Assembly (NCBI GenBank): GCA_977017645.1
Contig: OZ360237.1
Location: 19,158,001-19,222,000 of the forward strand
DNA length: 64,000 nucleotides
Reading direction: 5' to 3'
DNA from: Torpedo marmorata
Taxonomy: Eukaryota
The notes under the pieces are model-generated. The model was not told the origin of the DNA. It made no database searches and saw only the letters and a program-made list of their open reading frames with translations. How positions within the stretch are numbered: position 1 is the stretch's first letter; each line of letters begins with the position of its first letter. The position numbers were made by a program, and so were the translations under genes. Below are positions 47,124 through 59,940 of this stretch, piece after piece.

Positions 47124-49047
47124 TCGTAAAACACATTTCTAAAGTATGTCCACCTTTACAGAACAAACAACTCTTTTCATTAGGCAAACTTTCCTTTTCC
47201 TTATTTATAACTGACACATTAGTAGCATATGTACTCCTTTTCACTTTCAGACTAGACTGTGTGTTAGACTTCCTTACATCTTTGCCCATTGAATTATCTC
47301 TGGCATTTCCATATAGTGGATCTGTTTCAACGTACACCCGTCGTTCAAGAAAATTTACCAAATCCTTTAAGGTAGTTTTTCGACCGTAATCTACTTGTAA
47401 ATCACAAGCCAAATCCCTCCATCTATCCCATACCTTGTAAGGTAATTTTTCTAAAATGATTCGCATATTACTATGCACATCAAGCTCACGAATACTATCG
47501 ATTTCTTCCATAGCATTACAACATCCTCTTAAAAACAAAGTATATTCTTGCAGAGCCTTTACATCATTTTGTTTTATTGATGTCCATTTAAGAGCTTTAT
47601 CCATATAAGCTAAAGCAATTCGATGCTTGTTGCCAAAATATTGTTCCAATAAAGCCTTAGCTTTGTCTAATCCTCTTCCTGAAGACATTTGTTTACAACT
47701 TTTTACCAGTTCTTTTGGATGTCCCTTTGTGAACATTTCCAAATAATAAAGACATTCATCACGATCTTGGCATTTATCTTCAATATTGCGTTTGAAAGAT
47801 CTCATAAATGATTGATATTGAAGTGGATCACCATCAAAAGTTTGTATCTCTTTCTTGGGTAAAGAAGAGAGAGACTGTAACTGAAACAATGATGCAGCAA
47901 TTTCATTTTGTCTTTCCTTGGACGACAATACATTGCTCTGTTCACCGTCTCTTGTTGCATGCAATGTATCTGGAAACCTCACTGGTGTAGTTTCTTCCAT
48001 ATTTCTGATGCTTGACTCATATAACAAAGAATTTACTTCGTTCGACCGGACCCAAGCCGCAGCTTTGCTTTCAGATGTTACTAATGGTACATGTGACTCG
48101 ATACCAATATGCTCTTGAAAGGTTTGTCCTTGTATATGTAAGTTTTGTATCCTTGGTTCTAAAATATCTATCCTTTTGGTTGGTTTCTTTTCCTGTGACT
48201 CCTTTTTTAAATATGACCTTTTATTATCAGACAATTTAGATAATTTACTGCTAGCACCAGATACCATTGAGCCTTCTATTGCTTTCTTTTCTGCTTTGGC
48301 AATAGCAATGTTTGCTTCCAGCTCCTGTTGTTCTTTTTTCTGCCTTAGCTGCTCCTTCTTTTGTCTTAGCTGCTCCATTAGCTGCTCCTCCTTTTGTCTT
48401 AGCTGCTCCTTTAGCTGCTTCTCATTTTGTCTTAGCTGCTCCTCCTCTTCTTCCAAAATATATTTATCCTGAAGCATTTTTTGTTGTGCAAGAAGAGCGG
48501 CCAATTTAACATCAATCTTTGTACGTGATGACGCAGAACTTGAAGTACGAGAAACTCTGGAGCTCGAACCAGAACTTCTTTTGCTTCTCCTGCTTTCTGC
48601 ATTTGAGACACTGTCACTTGCTTGTATTTCGTCCTGCAGTTCATATGCTGTCTTCATACTTACCTCTTTATCCAATTTAAATTGTATATCCTTTGCATCT
48701 TCAACCACTTTAATTTCTTCAACATTTGGTGACACAATTTCAGCCATTTCCAAGTTATCTTCTTGTTCATCTAATGAAGCTGCCTCTTCATCCTTTGCCA
48801 GCTTCAATCTTTCGATAAGAACCTTTTTATTTCCACTTATGTCCTTTTTCAGTCGCTTCAATTCTTCTTTAATATCCGAAACCTTCATGTCTTCAATACG
48901 TTGGTCCTCAACAGCAACATCAGCGGTTGCTGCGTCAGCTGCTGATATATCAGTAGCTGCTGTATCAGTGGCTGCTGCGGCCATTTTACTCGTCTTGTTC
49001 CTCTTTCCTTCAAGCATACACAACACTAGCCAAACAACAGTCTCCAA
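47104..49047 (-). CDS. BEL/Pao Gag with N-terminal SAP-like domain, coiled coil and DUF1759-like capsid region
   Basis: MKVSDIKEELKRLKKDISGNKKVLIERL (SAP-like); LPKKEIQTFDGDPLQYQSF (BEL Gag); CLFCKGGHTLEMC. Likely start is the ATG at 48984. A single-base frameshift in a T run joins it to the next ORF. Confidence 0.85.
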   Translation of the reverse strand: METVVWLVLCMLEGKRNKTSKMAAAATDTAATDISAADAATADVAVEDQRIEDMKVSDIKEELKRLKKDISGNKKVLIERLKLAKDEEAASLDEQEDNLEMAEIVSPNVEEIKVVEDAKDIQFKLDKEVSMKTAYELQDEIQASDSVSNAESRRSKRSSGSSSRVSRTSSSASSRTKIDVKLAALLAQQKMLQDKYILEEEEEQLRQNEKQLKEQLRQKEEQLMEQLRQKKEQLRQKKEQQELEANIAIAKAEKKAIEGSMVSGASSKLSKLSDNKRSYLKKESQEKKPTKRIDILEPRIQNLHIQGQTFQEHIGIESHVPLVTSESKAAAWVRSNEVNSLLYESSIRNMEETTPVRFPDTLHATRDGEQSNVLSSKERQNEIAASLFQLQSLSSLPKKEIQTFDGDPLQYQSFMRSFKRNIEDKCQDRDECLYYLEMFTKGHPKELVKSCKQMSSGRGLDKAKALLEQYFGNKHRIALAYMDKALKWTSIKQNDVKALQEYTLFLRGCCNAMEEIDSIRELDVHSNMRIILEKLPYKVWDRWRDLACDLQVDYGRKTTLKDLVNFLERRVYVETDPLYGNARDNSMGKDVRKSNTQSSLKVKRSTYATNVSVINKEKESLPNEKSCLFCKGGHTLEMCFTIGKEGT

Positions 49048-50875
49048 TGGACCAGCGGCAGCAATTCCAATCTGTGTTCTTACTTGCTAAAGATACACAG
49101 AAGGAGTCCACAGACTTATGCCTACCACTTCAAATGACTGTAATGTGCTGCAATCCACAAACGAGTTTCAACCACAACATCCGTCACTAATATCACTGAT
49201 TTTCCAAAAATAGTTTCTCCAACGTATTTATAGGACACTTTACTATAAGATTTGAAGCTTTAAATCCCTCTCTGGCTGTTATTCATGGCAGATGGAAGTG
49301 GATTACAAACTGCCCCCAACTCGAGGCATCTCCAAGATGGCCACCATTTTATATCAGTCCAAAGCACAGAGAGTTTTTTCTATCTTCTTTCTTACAAACT
49401 TCTGTTCCAAACAGCCAGCCCTTTATTGACAATTTTACGGTGACTTCGATCCACCAATAGTCACCTGGAGGCTAAGTGTGGTCCTTGTCTTTGACGCGTT
49501 TTAATCAATTTACTAACAAAGTCCAATATGTTCAAAAACCTTTATTTACACACATGACTTGCAGTAATCTTCAATGACTTTAATATAAACAGTTCTTGTA
49601 AACGATGTATGATGAGTTCCTTTAAATAGTTCTTTAAACAATTCCAAAACGATATGAAAACACTGTAGAACGATGTAAAAGTTATAAAACGATATAAAAC
49701 GGTCAATAAAGATGTGGAGACCTCACTCACCCTCCAAACATCTTATTCTTTCCTTTTCTCTCTCTCTCTGCTTGAATATTCACGCTTCCTCCGTCACTCC
49801 TAATGGCTCTGCGCACCCTCCACCGCGCATACTACAATTCCCAGCCTCCCACGCGCACAATGACGTCATTCCATACTGCGCATGCGCCCGTCGGCACTCC
49901 AGCGCATGCGCAGAGCACAGAACGGGCCGATGACGGCCCACAGACAACGCGAGCTCTCCGAGCGGGCCGAGGACGGCCTACCGACAACGCGAGCGCTCCG
50001 AACGGGCCGAGGATGGTCTACCGACAACGCGAGCGCTCCGAACGGGCCGAGGACGGCCTACAGAACAACGCGAGCGCTCCAAGGCCCGACGAGACATCGG
50101 AGCGCCGCAACAACTGTAAGTTAACGAGCCTACGGCTCTTACACATACCATTTTCCGTCCTCATTATTTGCTTCACCTGCATGTAGGCTTTAAGTAATTT
50201 GTGCACAAGCACACCTAGGTCTTTGAACATCAACACTACCCAAACACAACATTTAAAAATACTCTGCATTTCTGTTCTATGCACCAAAGAAAATAATGTC
50301 ACATTTTTCCACCTTACTTTCCATGAACCATGTTCATTCTTGTCTCTACTCACGAACCTTTCTACTGTTAGCACCTTTGGAAATATGACATTTCATCTGC
50401 TCAGTCAAATGTAGATTGTGAAAAGCCAAGGTCAAGCACTGATCCTTGTAGTACCCCACAAGTTACAATCTGACAAACTGAAAAGGACCCATTTATTTCA
50501 TCTTATCCTTTACAACACAGTGAGGCCATTCAGCCTCCAGAGTCCGTACAAGTTCCCAGCACATGCCCATCAAATCCCCTTTGACTTTTTTTTTGGAGCA
50601 TTGAAAACGCAGACGAAATGTACAAATTCCAGAAAGACAGCACTCGCTTTTTTCTTCTCGGTCCATGTCAGTACAATACTCGAAATTCCCTTTGCTGTAA
50701 CCTCGTTAAACAGCCTCCATGTTTGACCTTATCGTATGCCTTCTGGACATTTAAATACACCACATCTGATTGTTCCCCATTGTATATTAATTTTGTTAGA
50801 TTGTTAAGAAGCAATAGCATCTTAACAATCAAACAAAATTAATATACAATGGGGAACAAACAAGCAGTAACATAA

Positions 50876-53800
50876 TAATATAAAAATAGTTGGTCTTAAA
50901 GAAGAAGAAGAGGGCAAGATATGATTGCTTTTATTAAAACTTGGATACCTGATGTACTGGGTCCAGATAAGTTTGATCATACAATTGAAATTGAAAGAGC
51001 ACACAGGGCTCTAAGAGCAAAGCCGTCACAAGATCAAAATCCGCATTCAATTTTAATTAAATTCCTGCATTATCAAGATAGGGAGAAAGTTTTACAACTG
51101 GCGATGGAGCAAGCAAGACGTGGCCCTTTGATATATAGAGGCCAGAATTCTTTTTTATCCTGATATAAGTGCTGACTTAATGAAGAGAAGGAAGGAATTC
51201 AACCCAGCTAAAAAGATCCTTTGGGAGAAGGGCTACAGATTTGTACTGCGACATCCTGCGACCTTGAAGCTCTTTCTACCAGACCAACAAAATAAATTCT
51301 TTACAAACTATACTCTGGCAGAGGAATTTGCTAACGAACCTCCGCAGTCTTCGGAGGAACGTTAGAAAAGAAAAAGTTTTACAATTGGTGATGGAACAAC
51401 TTATATCAGTTTGTAAATTTGGTAAAACTGATGATTGACTATTTTGTGTTTGTATTTCTTTTCTTTTAAAATAATACATATATATAAAACATTGTTATAC
51501 CAGGGGGGTTGGGGGGTGGGAGAATGAGGTCCTGACTACTATTGTAATCATGTGTACTTTTGCGACTTTGGTCGTGACCCGTAAAATAGAGGGGGGTAGC
51601 GCTGTATATTTTAAAAGCGCTAGAGGGGATGTAGTTAGCTTGGTTTTTTTACTTTTGTGGAAGGGGGGGGAGTGTATTCTTTAATTTTATATTTTTTCTT
51701 TTCTATTTGTATGGATTGCTGGGGGGGACATATGTTGACGCGATGGAGATTGAAGAATGAAGTAAAAGGGAGAGAGTTAGGGGTCTGGGCTGGAAGAGGT
51801 AACATTAAAAGGAATGAAATATGTAATTTAAAATGAGTAATATAGTAAGATTTTTGAACTTTAATATTAATGGGATAAATGGAAATATTAAGAGGAAAAG
51901 AGTATTAGCGTATATTAAAAAATTGGGTGTTGATATGGCTTTTTTACAAGAGACACATTTAACAGAGAAAGAACATTTGAAATTAAAAAGAGACTGGGTG
52001 GGGTATGTAGCGGCTTCTTCATTTAATTCTAAGGCAAGGGGTGTGGCAATCTTAATAAAAAAGAATCTTCCAATTATAATTCAGAATGTTGTGACGGATC
52101 CTGTAGGGAGATATGTAATGATACATTGTCAAATATATTCAGAATTTTGGACTTTTTTGAATATATATGCTCCCAATATGGATGATGATAAGTTTATTCA
52201 AGAGACTTTTCTTAATATAGCGGAAGCGCTTGAGAATATTATAATAGGGGGAGACTTCAACTTTTGTTTAGATCTGGTCTTAGATAAGTCTACAAGAGGA
52301 GTGAAGAGAACTAAGGCAGTGAAAGCTACGCTGGTATTAATGAAAGATTTAAACTTGATAGATGCTTGGAGAAGAATTCATCCTAGGGATAAAGATTTTT
52401 CATTTTATTCTAGTAGGCATGATTCTTATTCCAGAATTGATTTATTTTTAGCTTCAGCTCAACTGCAAGACAGAATTCTAGAAGCAGAGTATAAAGCAAG
52501 GATTTTGTCTGATCATTCACCTTTATTGATGACAATTGTTCTACCTGATAAAGAAAAATCGATATATAGATGGAGATTGAATCCTTTATTATTAAAAAGA
52601 ACAGATTTTTGTGATTTTATAAGGAGGCAAATTCAGATATTTTGTGAAACAAATCTAAACTCCGTGCCTGATAAATTTGTAATATGGGAAACTTTGAAAG
52701 TATATTTAAGAGGTCAAATCATAAGTTATTCTTCAAAAATTAAAAAGGAATATATGAGAGAAATAGACCAATTAGAAAAAGAAATAACAATTTTAGATAA
52801 AGATTTACAAAAGAGGAGCTCTGTAGATCAACGTAGACAATTAATTAATAAAAGACTTCAATATAACAGACTTATAGAACGGAGAAGATTATTATAAGAA
52901 CTAAGCAAAGATATTATGAGTTAGGTGAACGTTCACATAAAGTACTAGCATGGCAATTAAAAACAGAACAGGCATCAAGAACAATTAATGCAGTTAGAAG
53001 CGAGGCTGATGTTATTAGCTATAAACCTCAAATAATAAATGATTCTTTTAAAAATTTTTATTCTGATTTATATAAATCAGAGTCTTGCAAGATGATAGTA
53101 AAATCGATGGATATTTATCACAGATAAATTTACCAAGATTAAATATGAAAGAGCAACTAGAATTAAGTACCCAGTTTACGCAGAAGGAGGTGAAAGATGC
53201 AATGAGTAAACTACAAAGTAATAAAGCACCGGGAGAGGATGGTTTTCTGCCAGAGTTTTATAAAGAGTTTAAGGATTTATTAATTCCTGTGTTTATGGAT
53301 ATGTTACAGCAAGCGTCTGCGACTCATACACTTCCAGAATCTTTTTCTACAGCAATAATTACTGTAATACTAAAAAAAGACAGGGACCCATTGAAACCTT
53401 CATCATAGACCAATTTCATTACTGAATGAATTAAGATTGTAGCAAAAATCTTGGCCAATAGGATAACAAAATTTTTGCCAAAATTAGTAAATATGGATCA
53501 AACAGGCTTTATAAAAAAAAAGACAAGCAGCTGACAATGTAGCAAGGTTACTTAGTATTGTTCATTTAGCTCAAAAAAGAAAAGTACTAAGTGTTGTGGT
53601 GGCACAAGATGCAGAGAAAGCTTTTGATAGACTGGAGTGGGATTTTTTGTTTAAAGTATTGGAGAAATTTGGATTTGGGAGGATTTATATAGATTGGATT
53701 AAAGCATTATACAATACTCCAAAAGCTAAAGTAGTGACTAACGGACAAATATCAACTTCATTTTGTTTGACAAGATCTAGCCGACAAGGGTGCCCATTGT

Positions 53801-55962
53801 CACCAGCTTTATTTATATTAGCTATAGAACCACTGGCAGAGGCAATTAGAAGTGATTTGGCAATTAAGGGATTTGCAGTTGGTCAAGAGCAACATAAAAT
53901 CAGCTTATTTGCGGACAATGTTTTAATATACTTGACAGAGCCTGAGACCTCTCTGCAAAGATTGCATTTTAAATTGGAGGAATATGGGAAAGTTTCCGGT
54001 TATAAGATAAACTGGGATAAAATTGAAATTATGCCTCTCACAGAGGGAGATTATACTTTATGTAAAAGAAGTACTCAGTTTAAATGGCCACATAATGGGA
54101 TAAAATATCTCGGGATTCGAACAGATAATAATTTTAAAAATCTATATAAATGGAATTATCTACCATTACTTAAAAAGATTAAAGAAGATTTGGAAAAATT
54201 GATTAATTTACCTATTACATTGATAGGAAGAGTTAATTGTATTAAAATGAATATATTTCCGAGGATACAGTATTTGTATCAAACTATACCTATTTTATTA
54301 CCACAGGGTTTTTTCCAGGATTTAAATAAACAAGTGCGAAAATTTCTTTGGAGAGGTAAAATGTCAAGAGTTTCTATGGAACCTTTAACATGGAAATATG
54401 AATTGGGAGGTTTACAACTCCCTAATTTTAAAAATTATTATCGAGCGGCACAAATGAGATTTGTTACTTCTCTTTTTGAAAGTGAAGGAATACCTGCATG
54501 GGTTGGAATAGAGCTTCGAGAAATAGGAGAAAAGGTACCAGAAGAATTTATATATAAATGGAATTCAAAATTATTGACAGGTATTAAAGAAACACCGTTA
54601 CTAAAACATTTGATTAATGCTTGGAATAAGATTAATGATGAGATAGGGATGAAAGGAACTATATCACCTAAAACGTCATTGATACAGAATAATCTTATAC
54701 CTTTTACAAAAGATAATCAATTTTTAAACATATGGTCACAGAAAGGAATAAAGAAGATAGAAGATTGTTATGAAGGGAACCAATTGATGTCGTTTACACA
54801 ATTACAAAACAAATATGGAATACCGAATAATACTCTTTTTTGTTATTTTCAATTAAGAGGTTATTTAAGGGAAAAACTAGGTCCGGATATGTTGTTACAA
54901 GATTGTAGTGAGGTAGAAACCCTTATTAGGAAAGGAAATATTTAAAAATTTACTTCTATAATATATTCTTTGTTACAAATGGGAGCTTTAAAACAAGGAC
55001 TTCATAAATCTAGACAAAGATGGGAGCAAGATCTTAATGTTATAATTGATGGAAAAAGATGGTCGGATTTATGTCAAGATAGTATGACAATACTATTAAC
55101 GTAAGATATAGATTAGTACAGTATAATTTTTTACATCAACTACCGGTATATCTTACACGACAAAAATTGAATAAGATAAAATCTACTTTATCAAATAAGT
55201 GTTTTAGATGTGGTGAAGAGGAGGGAACTTTTTTACATTCAACATGGTTATGCCTTAAAGTAAAATGTTTTTGGATAGAGTTAGGGAATCGGTTAAAACA
55301 AATTACAGGTGTTACATTTCCACAGAATCCTGATTTATTTTTATTAGGGAATGTGGAAGGAACGAGACCAAAGTTGAAGTTATCAACATGTCAATTGAAA
55401 TTTGTAAAAATTGCTTTAGCAGTAGCAAGGAAGTGCATAGCAGTAACTTGGAAATCAGATACAAATTTAGGCATGGATAGATGGAATATAGAGATGCGGA
55501 GTTGTATTCCATTGGAAAAAATAACATATAATATGAGAAATAAATATGGGATATTTTTGCAAATTTGGCGTCCATATATCCAATCATTAGGTATGAATAT
55601 TTAAATGTGTTGCTCTACATCCTAGACCCTGTTGACTCTCTCAAATTTAAAGAATAAATATTGTTGAATACCACGCGTCGAGCCGTGGACCCAGCAGCGA
55701 TCCGTACAGATGTTTTTAATAAATAATACCAATGCCTTCTTTTCTGTTCTTTTTTTTAGTTTTTTTAGTAAGGGGAGGGAATTAAAGGGAGGGGAAGGGT
55801 GGAGGGTGGGGTAGCAGTATTATAGAGGGTGGGTTAAGGGATGGGTTAGATACACTGTAATACAAATTATGTTTTTTATTTACTGGAATTAATGATGTAT
55901 ATTACGTATGTTGTACTACTGTGAGAAAATTCAAAATTTTAAATAAAATATTCAAAAAAAAA
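50876..55962 (+). mobile_element. Near-full-length L1 LINE (5'-truncated within ORF1, disrupted ORF2)
   Basis: ORF1 C-terminus (NNIKIVGL, EIERAHR); ORF2 from 51833 with APE (NINGIN, LQETH, GGDFN, SDHSP), RT (DAEKAFD, RQGCPLSP, LFADN) and CCHC. Poly(A) and 14-bp TSD AAGCAGTAACATAA (50862-50875 and 55964-55977). Confidence 0.95.
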
Positions 55963-56503
55963 GAAGCAGTAACATAACAAATGTAAGTTAACTTGTTTCA
56001 TGGTGAATAGAAGGGAACAATGTATAGATTGTTTAAAAAAAACACATGGGCCCTGAATGTGGGATTGTATTGATATATTGAGGTGTAAAAATTCTAAATT
56101 GTATCTGAGAGTCTGTAAATATTCACAAATGTAATCCTGAGACGAGGTGCTGAAACATACTTTTTTTGTCGATGATTGAGAAGAGTATTACCAGGTGGTC
56201 TTCTTTACAGGTCAGCACATTCTTGACTTCTGGCACATCAAACTCTTGCTCTGCAGCTGGATCTAACACCAAGTCAAGAGGTGGGAGAGCAGATAGGCTT
56301 CATATCAGACCACTTGGTTTTAATTTGGCAAGACTGGCACATCATTTTCATTTGAATGGGATTATTAACCGAGATGGAAAAGATCAATGTTTTTATTTTA
56401 ATTAATACTAATGTTATATCTGCTCAATGTTTTTAAAAAAATAACTGATTTTATTTTTTTTATTTTAAAAATTGATTTCAATGGTTTTTAAATACTCTAA
56501 TTA

Positions 56504-57110
56504 CACTGGACAACGAAGATTTTACTTCCTGAACACTTTTTGGTGTATTTTATGAATTTTGGGCTGCTGATCACGAAAATCACCTTAGAGATTTCCTATC
56601 ATGTACCGTTTTATAGATATAACCTATTTTTGTGATTTACTGTCATATTTTAAGTCTACTTGAAACATACAAAACCATAAAGTGCAACATGTCATTGAAA
56701 ATTCATTTCCTGCATTCTCACTTGGACTTCCCTGCTGATCTTGGTGCAGTCAGTGACGAACATGGTGAAAGGTTTCACCAGGACATTGCGACCATGGAAA
56801 AGCAGTATTAGGGCAACTGGAATCCATCAATGCTGCCGACTATTGTTGGACACTGACATGAGAGGCATCAGATGCTGAGTACAAACGAAAATCAGCGGCA
56901 AAACATTTTTAGGTCAGTTGAACTAGTACAATGTGTCAGCTTCATTATGCGATTAAACATGAGTTCAATAAAAGTTGATTTAATGTTTCTCCAACTTCCT
57001 TCGTGATACAGCAAATCTAAAATTATCTTTGTGTTCAGCTTGAAGTTGCTTATCATAATCCCTATTTTTTTTCAGGAAGTAAACCTATTGAAAAAAATTG
57101 TTGTCCAGTG
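56504..57110 (+). mobile_element. Internally deleted Chapaev3 (CMC) DNA transposon
   Basis: TIRs CACTGGACAAC, 3-bp TSD TTA, and transposase remnant MSLKIHFLHSHLDFPADLGAVSDEHGERFHQDIATMEK at ~56689-56805. Confidence 0.85.
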
Positions 57111-57229
57111 TTATTAGGAGCACAGAAAAACAGTTGAAAAGTCCTTTAACAGCACAAGCTTAATTGTCAGGTGTTGGAAATAATAATTGCACATGATGAG
57201 TAACAAACCCAATTCAGCTGCATTGCCTT

Positions 57230-57550
57230 AACAGAGGACAGGGTGGACAGTCAGCACCTTTTTCCTGGGGCAACAGTAGCAAATACCAGAGGACATCTGC
57301 ATCAGGTAAGGGGAGGATAGTTTAGGGGCGAGGTCGGGGTTAAGTTGTTTTTTTACAGAGAGTAGTGGATGCATTGCCAGGGGTGGTAATGGAGGCTGGG
57401 ACATTTAAAAGACTCTGAGTCAGGCACATGGATGCAAGAAAAATAGAGGGTTGTGGGTGTGAGCTAGGGAAGGTTTAGGATTGTTGAGTAGGTCTATATA
57501 GGTCAGCACAATATCATGGGCCGAAGGGCCTGTGCTGTAGTGTTCTATGT
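57230..57550 (+). mobile_element. CR1 LINE 3' fragment
   Basis: Similar to 190-520, ending GGGCCGAAGGGCCTGTGCTGTAGTGTTCTATGTT. Confidence 0.75.
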
Positions 57551-59099
57551 TTATCCACCCAGTCCAAATCTCAAACTCTCTAATAAAATGCTTCTTTACT
57601 TTTTGAGTTCTGAAGGACTAAGAAAAAGAAAACATTAAATTATTTTTTTCTCTCTGCTATATGTTTCTCGCATTTATTTTACTTTTTTTTTCAGAATTTT
57701 GTGTTTTTCAATTATGGCATGCTGTTGTTAATGTTAAAATGTTTATACATCTCATTTAAAAATGCTGTAATCTATATTAGCCTGTCACTAAGATCTCAAC
57801 AATTGATCATGTGTTGAACAGTTAATAATCAACGTTATTGTGCATGTCACTTCATATTTCAAATTGCAGTGGTTTTTGCAATCAAAATAATCTGGGGCAA
57901 AAGAAAGCCTAAAAAGGCTTCTGAAGACTATTAAAATTCTTTATGAACATTATAGCTTTCTGAGCAATATTAGTTTATTCAATCTTTGGCAATATTTGTT
58001 AGAATTTGTGCCTATTGCTTCTTTATGGCAAAGAGTTTTGGTTTATTGCCCTACGAGGATTTTAAAAAATCATGAATAATATCAGACTGGATATGACTCT
58101 TGAATTATTTATAAATTGCACCAAATACAGCATTTTAATATCTTTTACAGATTGATTGATTGATTAATCAATTCAAAAGTATCTAACAAAACAGCCTTAT
58201 GAGAATTTCAATTTTTGCCTGGTAATGTGATGTACCTTAATTAACCTTTGAACAGATGTATATAATTTGTTGCTTGAAGCTCAGCTCTGTTATGTTAGCA
58301 TACAATGATGAAAGTAATTCACTACAATACAATGAGACATATTCTTTGATCCTACAAGTGAAAAATATCAGTTTTCTACTTTACAGTTTCATTGTGGAAT
58401 GCAAAAGAAAGAAATAGACTATTAATAGAATAAGACTATTGGTTCTTATTGTAATGTCATCAACAAATCAGACCTTTCGACCTCCTAATTTATTTACATA
58501 ATTGTTGACTGCATGAGATCCTTAAATAATAATCTGATTTGCATGCATGTATCTGGGTCAGAGCAAGGTTAGATTTCATCATTATAAAACCATTCACATC
58601 TCTTCTCATTATTTTCTGTGGATTTGTTGGCTTTGTATAGTGTGCAATTTAGTGGCGATCGACATGTAGTTCTACTGTTGCAAATGTATTGTGCTGTTTT
58701 AGTTCCCTCTGAATATTGTATGGGTGTCTAACTGGTAACCTGATTGGATAGCATCCTTCCTTTCAGAAGGAATTCTGAAAATTCCCACCATTGGCCTTAT
58801 TCTCCATGAATTTACAAAAATTCAAAACTACCGGTATTTATTATTTTAAAGAGAAAGTTATTTTGAAAGTTTTGTTTTGAAAATCTAACTGCATTTCCAA
58901 AGGGAGTCTCAGTGTCTGATGTACTTTTCTGGAAGCATAGGGTTCTCCCATTAGTTCATTTCTGGAAGCGTCTTTACCAAATGACTACAAAAGATAGAAT
59001 GGAGTGATGTTGACATTGAGCTAAGTGGCAGAGTGATATGTCTTTGCATACTTTCTTTCAGAACAGAGTGAAGTACAGTATTTAAATTTATTATTTTAA

Positions 59100-59335
59100 A
59101 ATTCAGACATAAATCATGGTAACAGGCCCCTCTGGCCTACGAGCCTGTGCCGCCCAAATTCCCCAATTAACCTACAACCCCCATACGTTTTGAAGGGTGG
59201 GGGGAAACCGGAGCACTCGGAGGAAACCCACGCAGATACGAGGAGAACGTACAAAATCCTTACAGACAGCGCCGGATTCGAACCCAGGTTTCTGGCGCTG
59301 TAAGAGCGGTGCGCTAACCGTTACGCTAACTGTGC
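59100..59335 (-). mobile_element. V-SINE (HE1-like)
   Basis: Same family as the other copies. Confidence 0.88.
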
Positions 59336-59940
59336 AGGCCAAATAAACTGCGAAGAAGGCTGTTTCCATTTTTATGATAGCCACCATGTAATAAGCTTGT
59401 AAAATGCGGACACTATCTTGTAACATAAAAGCAAAGTGACATGTTTCAAATTTTGAAGCCATATATATTGGAGATTTTTATCCAAGATTACGTTCAGTTT
59501 TCCAGTTTATTATGTGAACTAATAATTGAGTTTGATACAGATTATTGCTGAACCTGGCTGTCAATTACACTTGAAAAGATTTGCAGAACACCATTTGTAA
59601 ATTACATTATCTGGAAACAGTATTTCCAGTGCTTTAGTGTAACATCGAGAAAAGGTTCACATGAATATGGATCCAGCAATAGCATTACTGGAACAATTAA
59701 ATCCCAGTATTTGCTATTGTGTGCAAGTTATTTAATTGAGTGTTTAACAAATTCAGATGAGATGGAATACATCAGGTCACCAGTTATATTAACACTCTTC
59801 AATCTGCTTTGCACTCTTTCATAATATGGATTCGCTAGTAGGCTTCCCCTACGGAAGATTTGAATTCTCTAATTCTGCCTAATATAAGCTCCATTTCTGT
59901 GATGATTCTCGATGGTATCACTAATACCACCACTTACATG

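Larger units (their letters stand above)
44128..50143 (-). mobile_element. Non-autonomous BEL/Pao LTR retrotransposon, very recent
   Basis: 711-bp LTRs (44128-44838 and 49433-50143) with only two differences noticed, TSD CATAC, PPT TAGGGGCCGG on -. BEL Gag and protease plus an integrase C-terminal remnant; no RT, RNase H or DDE core. Confidence 0.94.

Noticed and set aside
57600-58900. Repeat-poor AT-rich stretch as a conserved non-coding element
   Set aside because: Cannot be supported without cross-species alignment.
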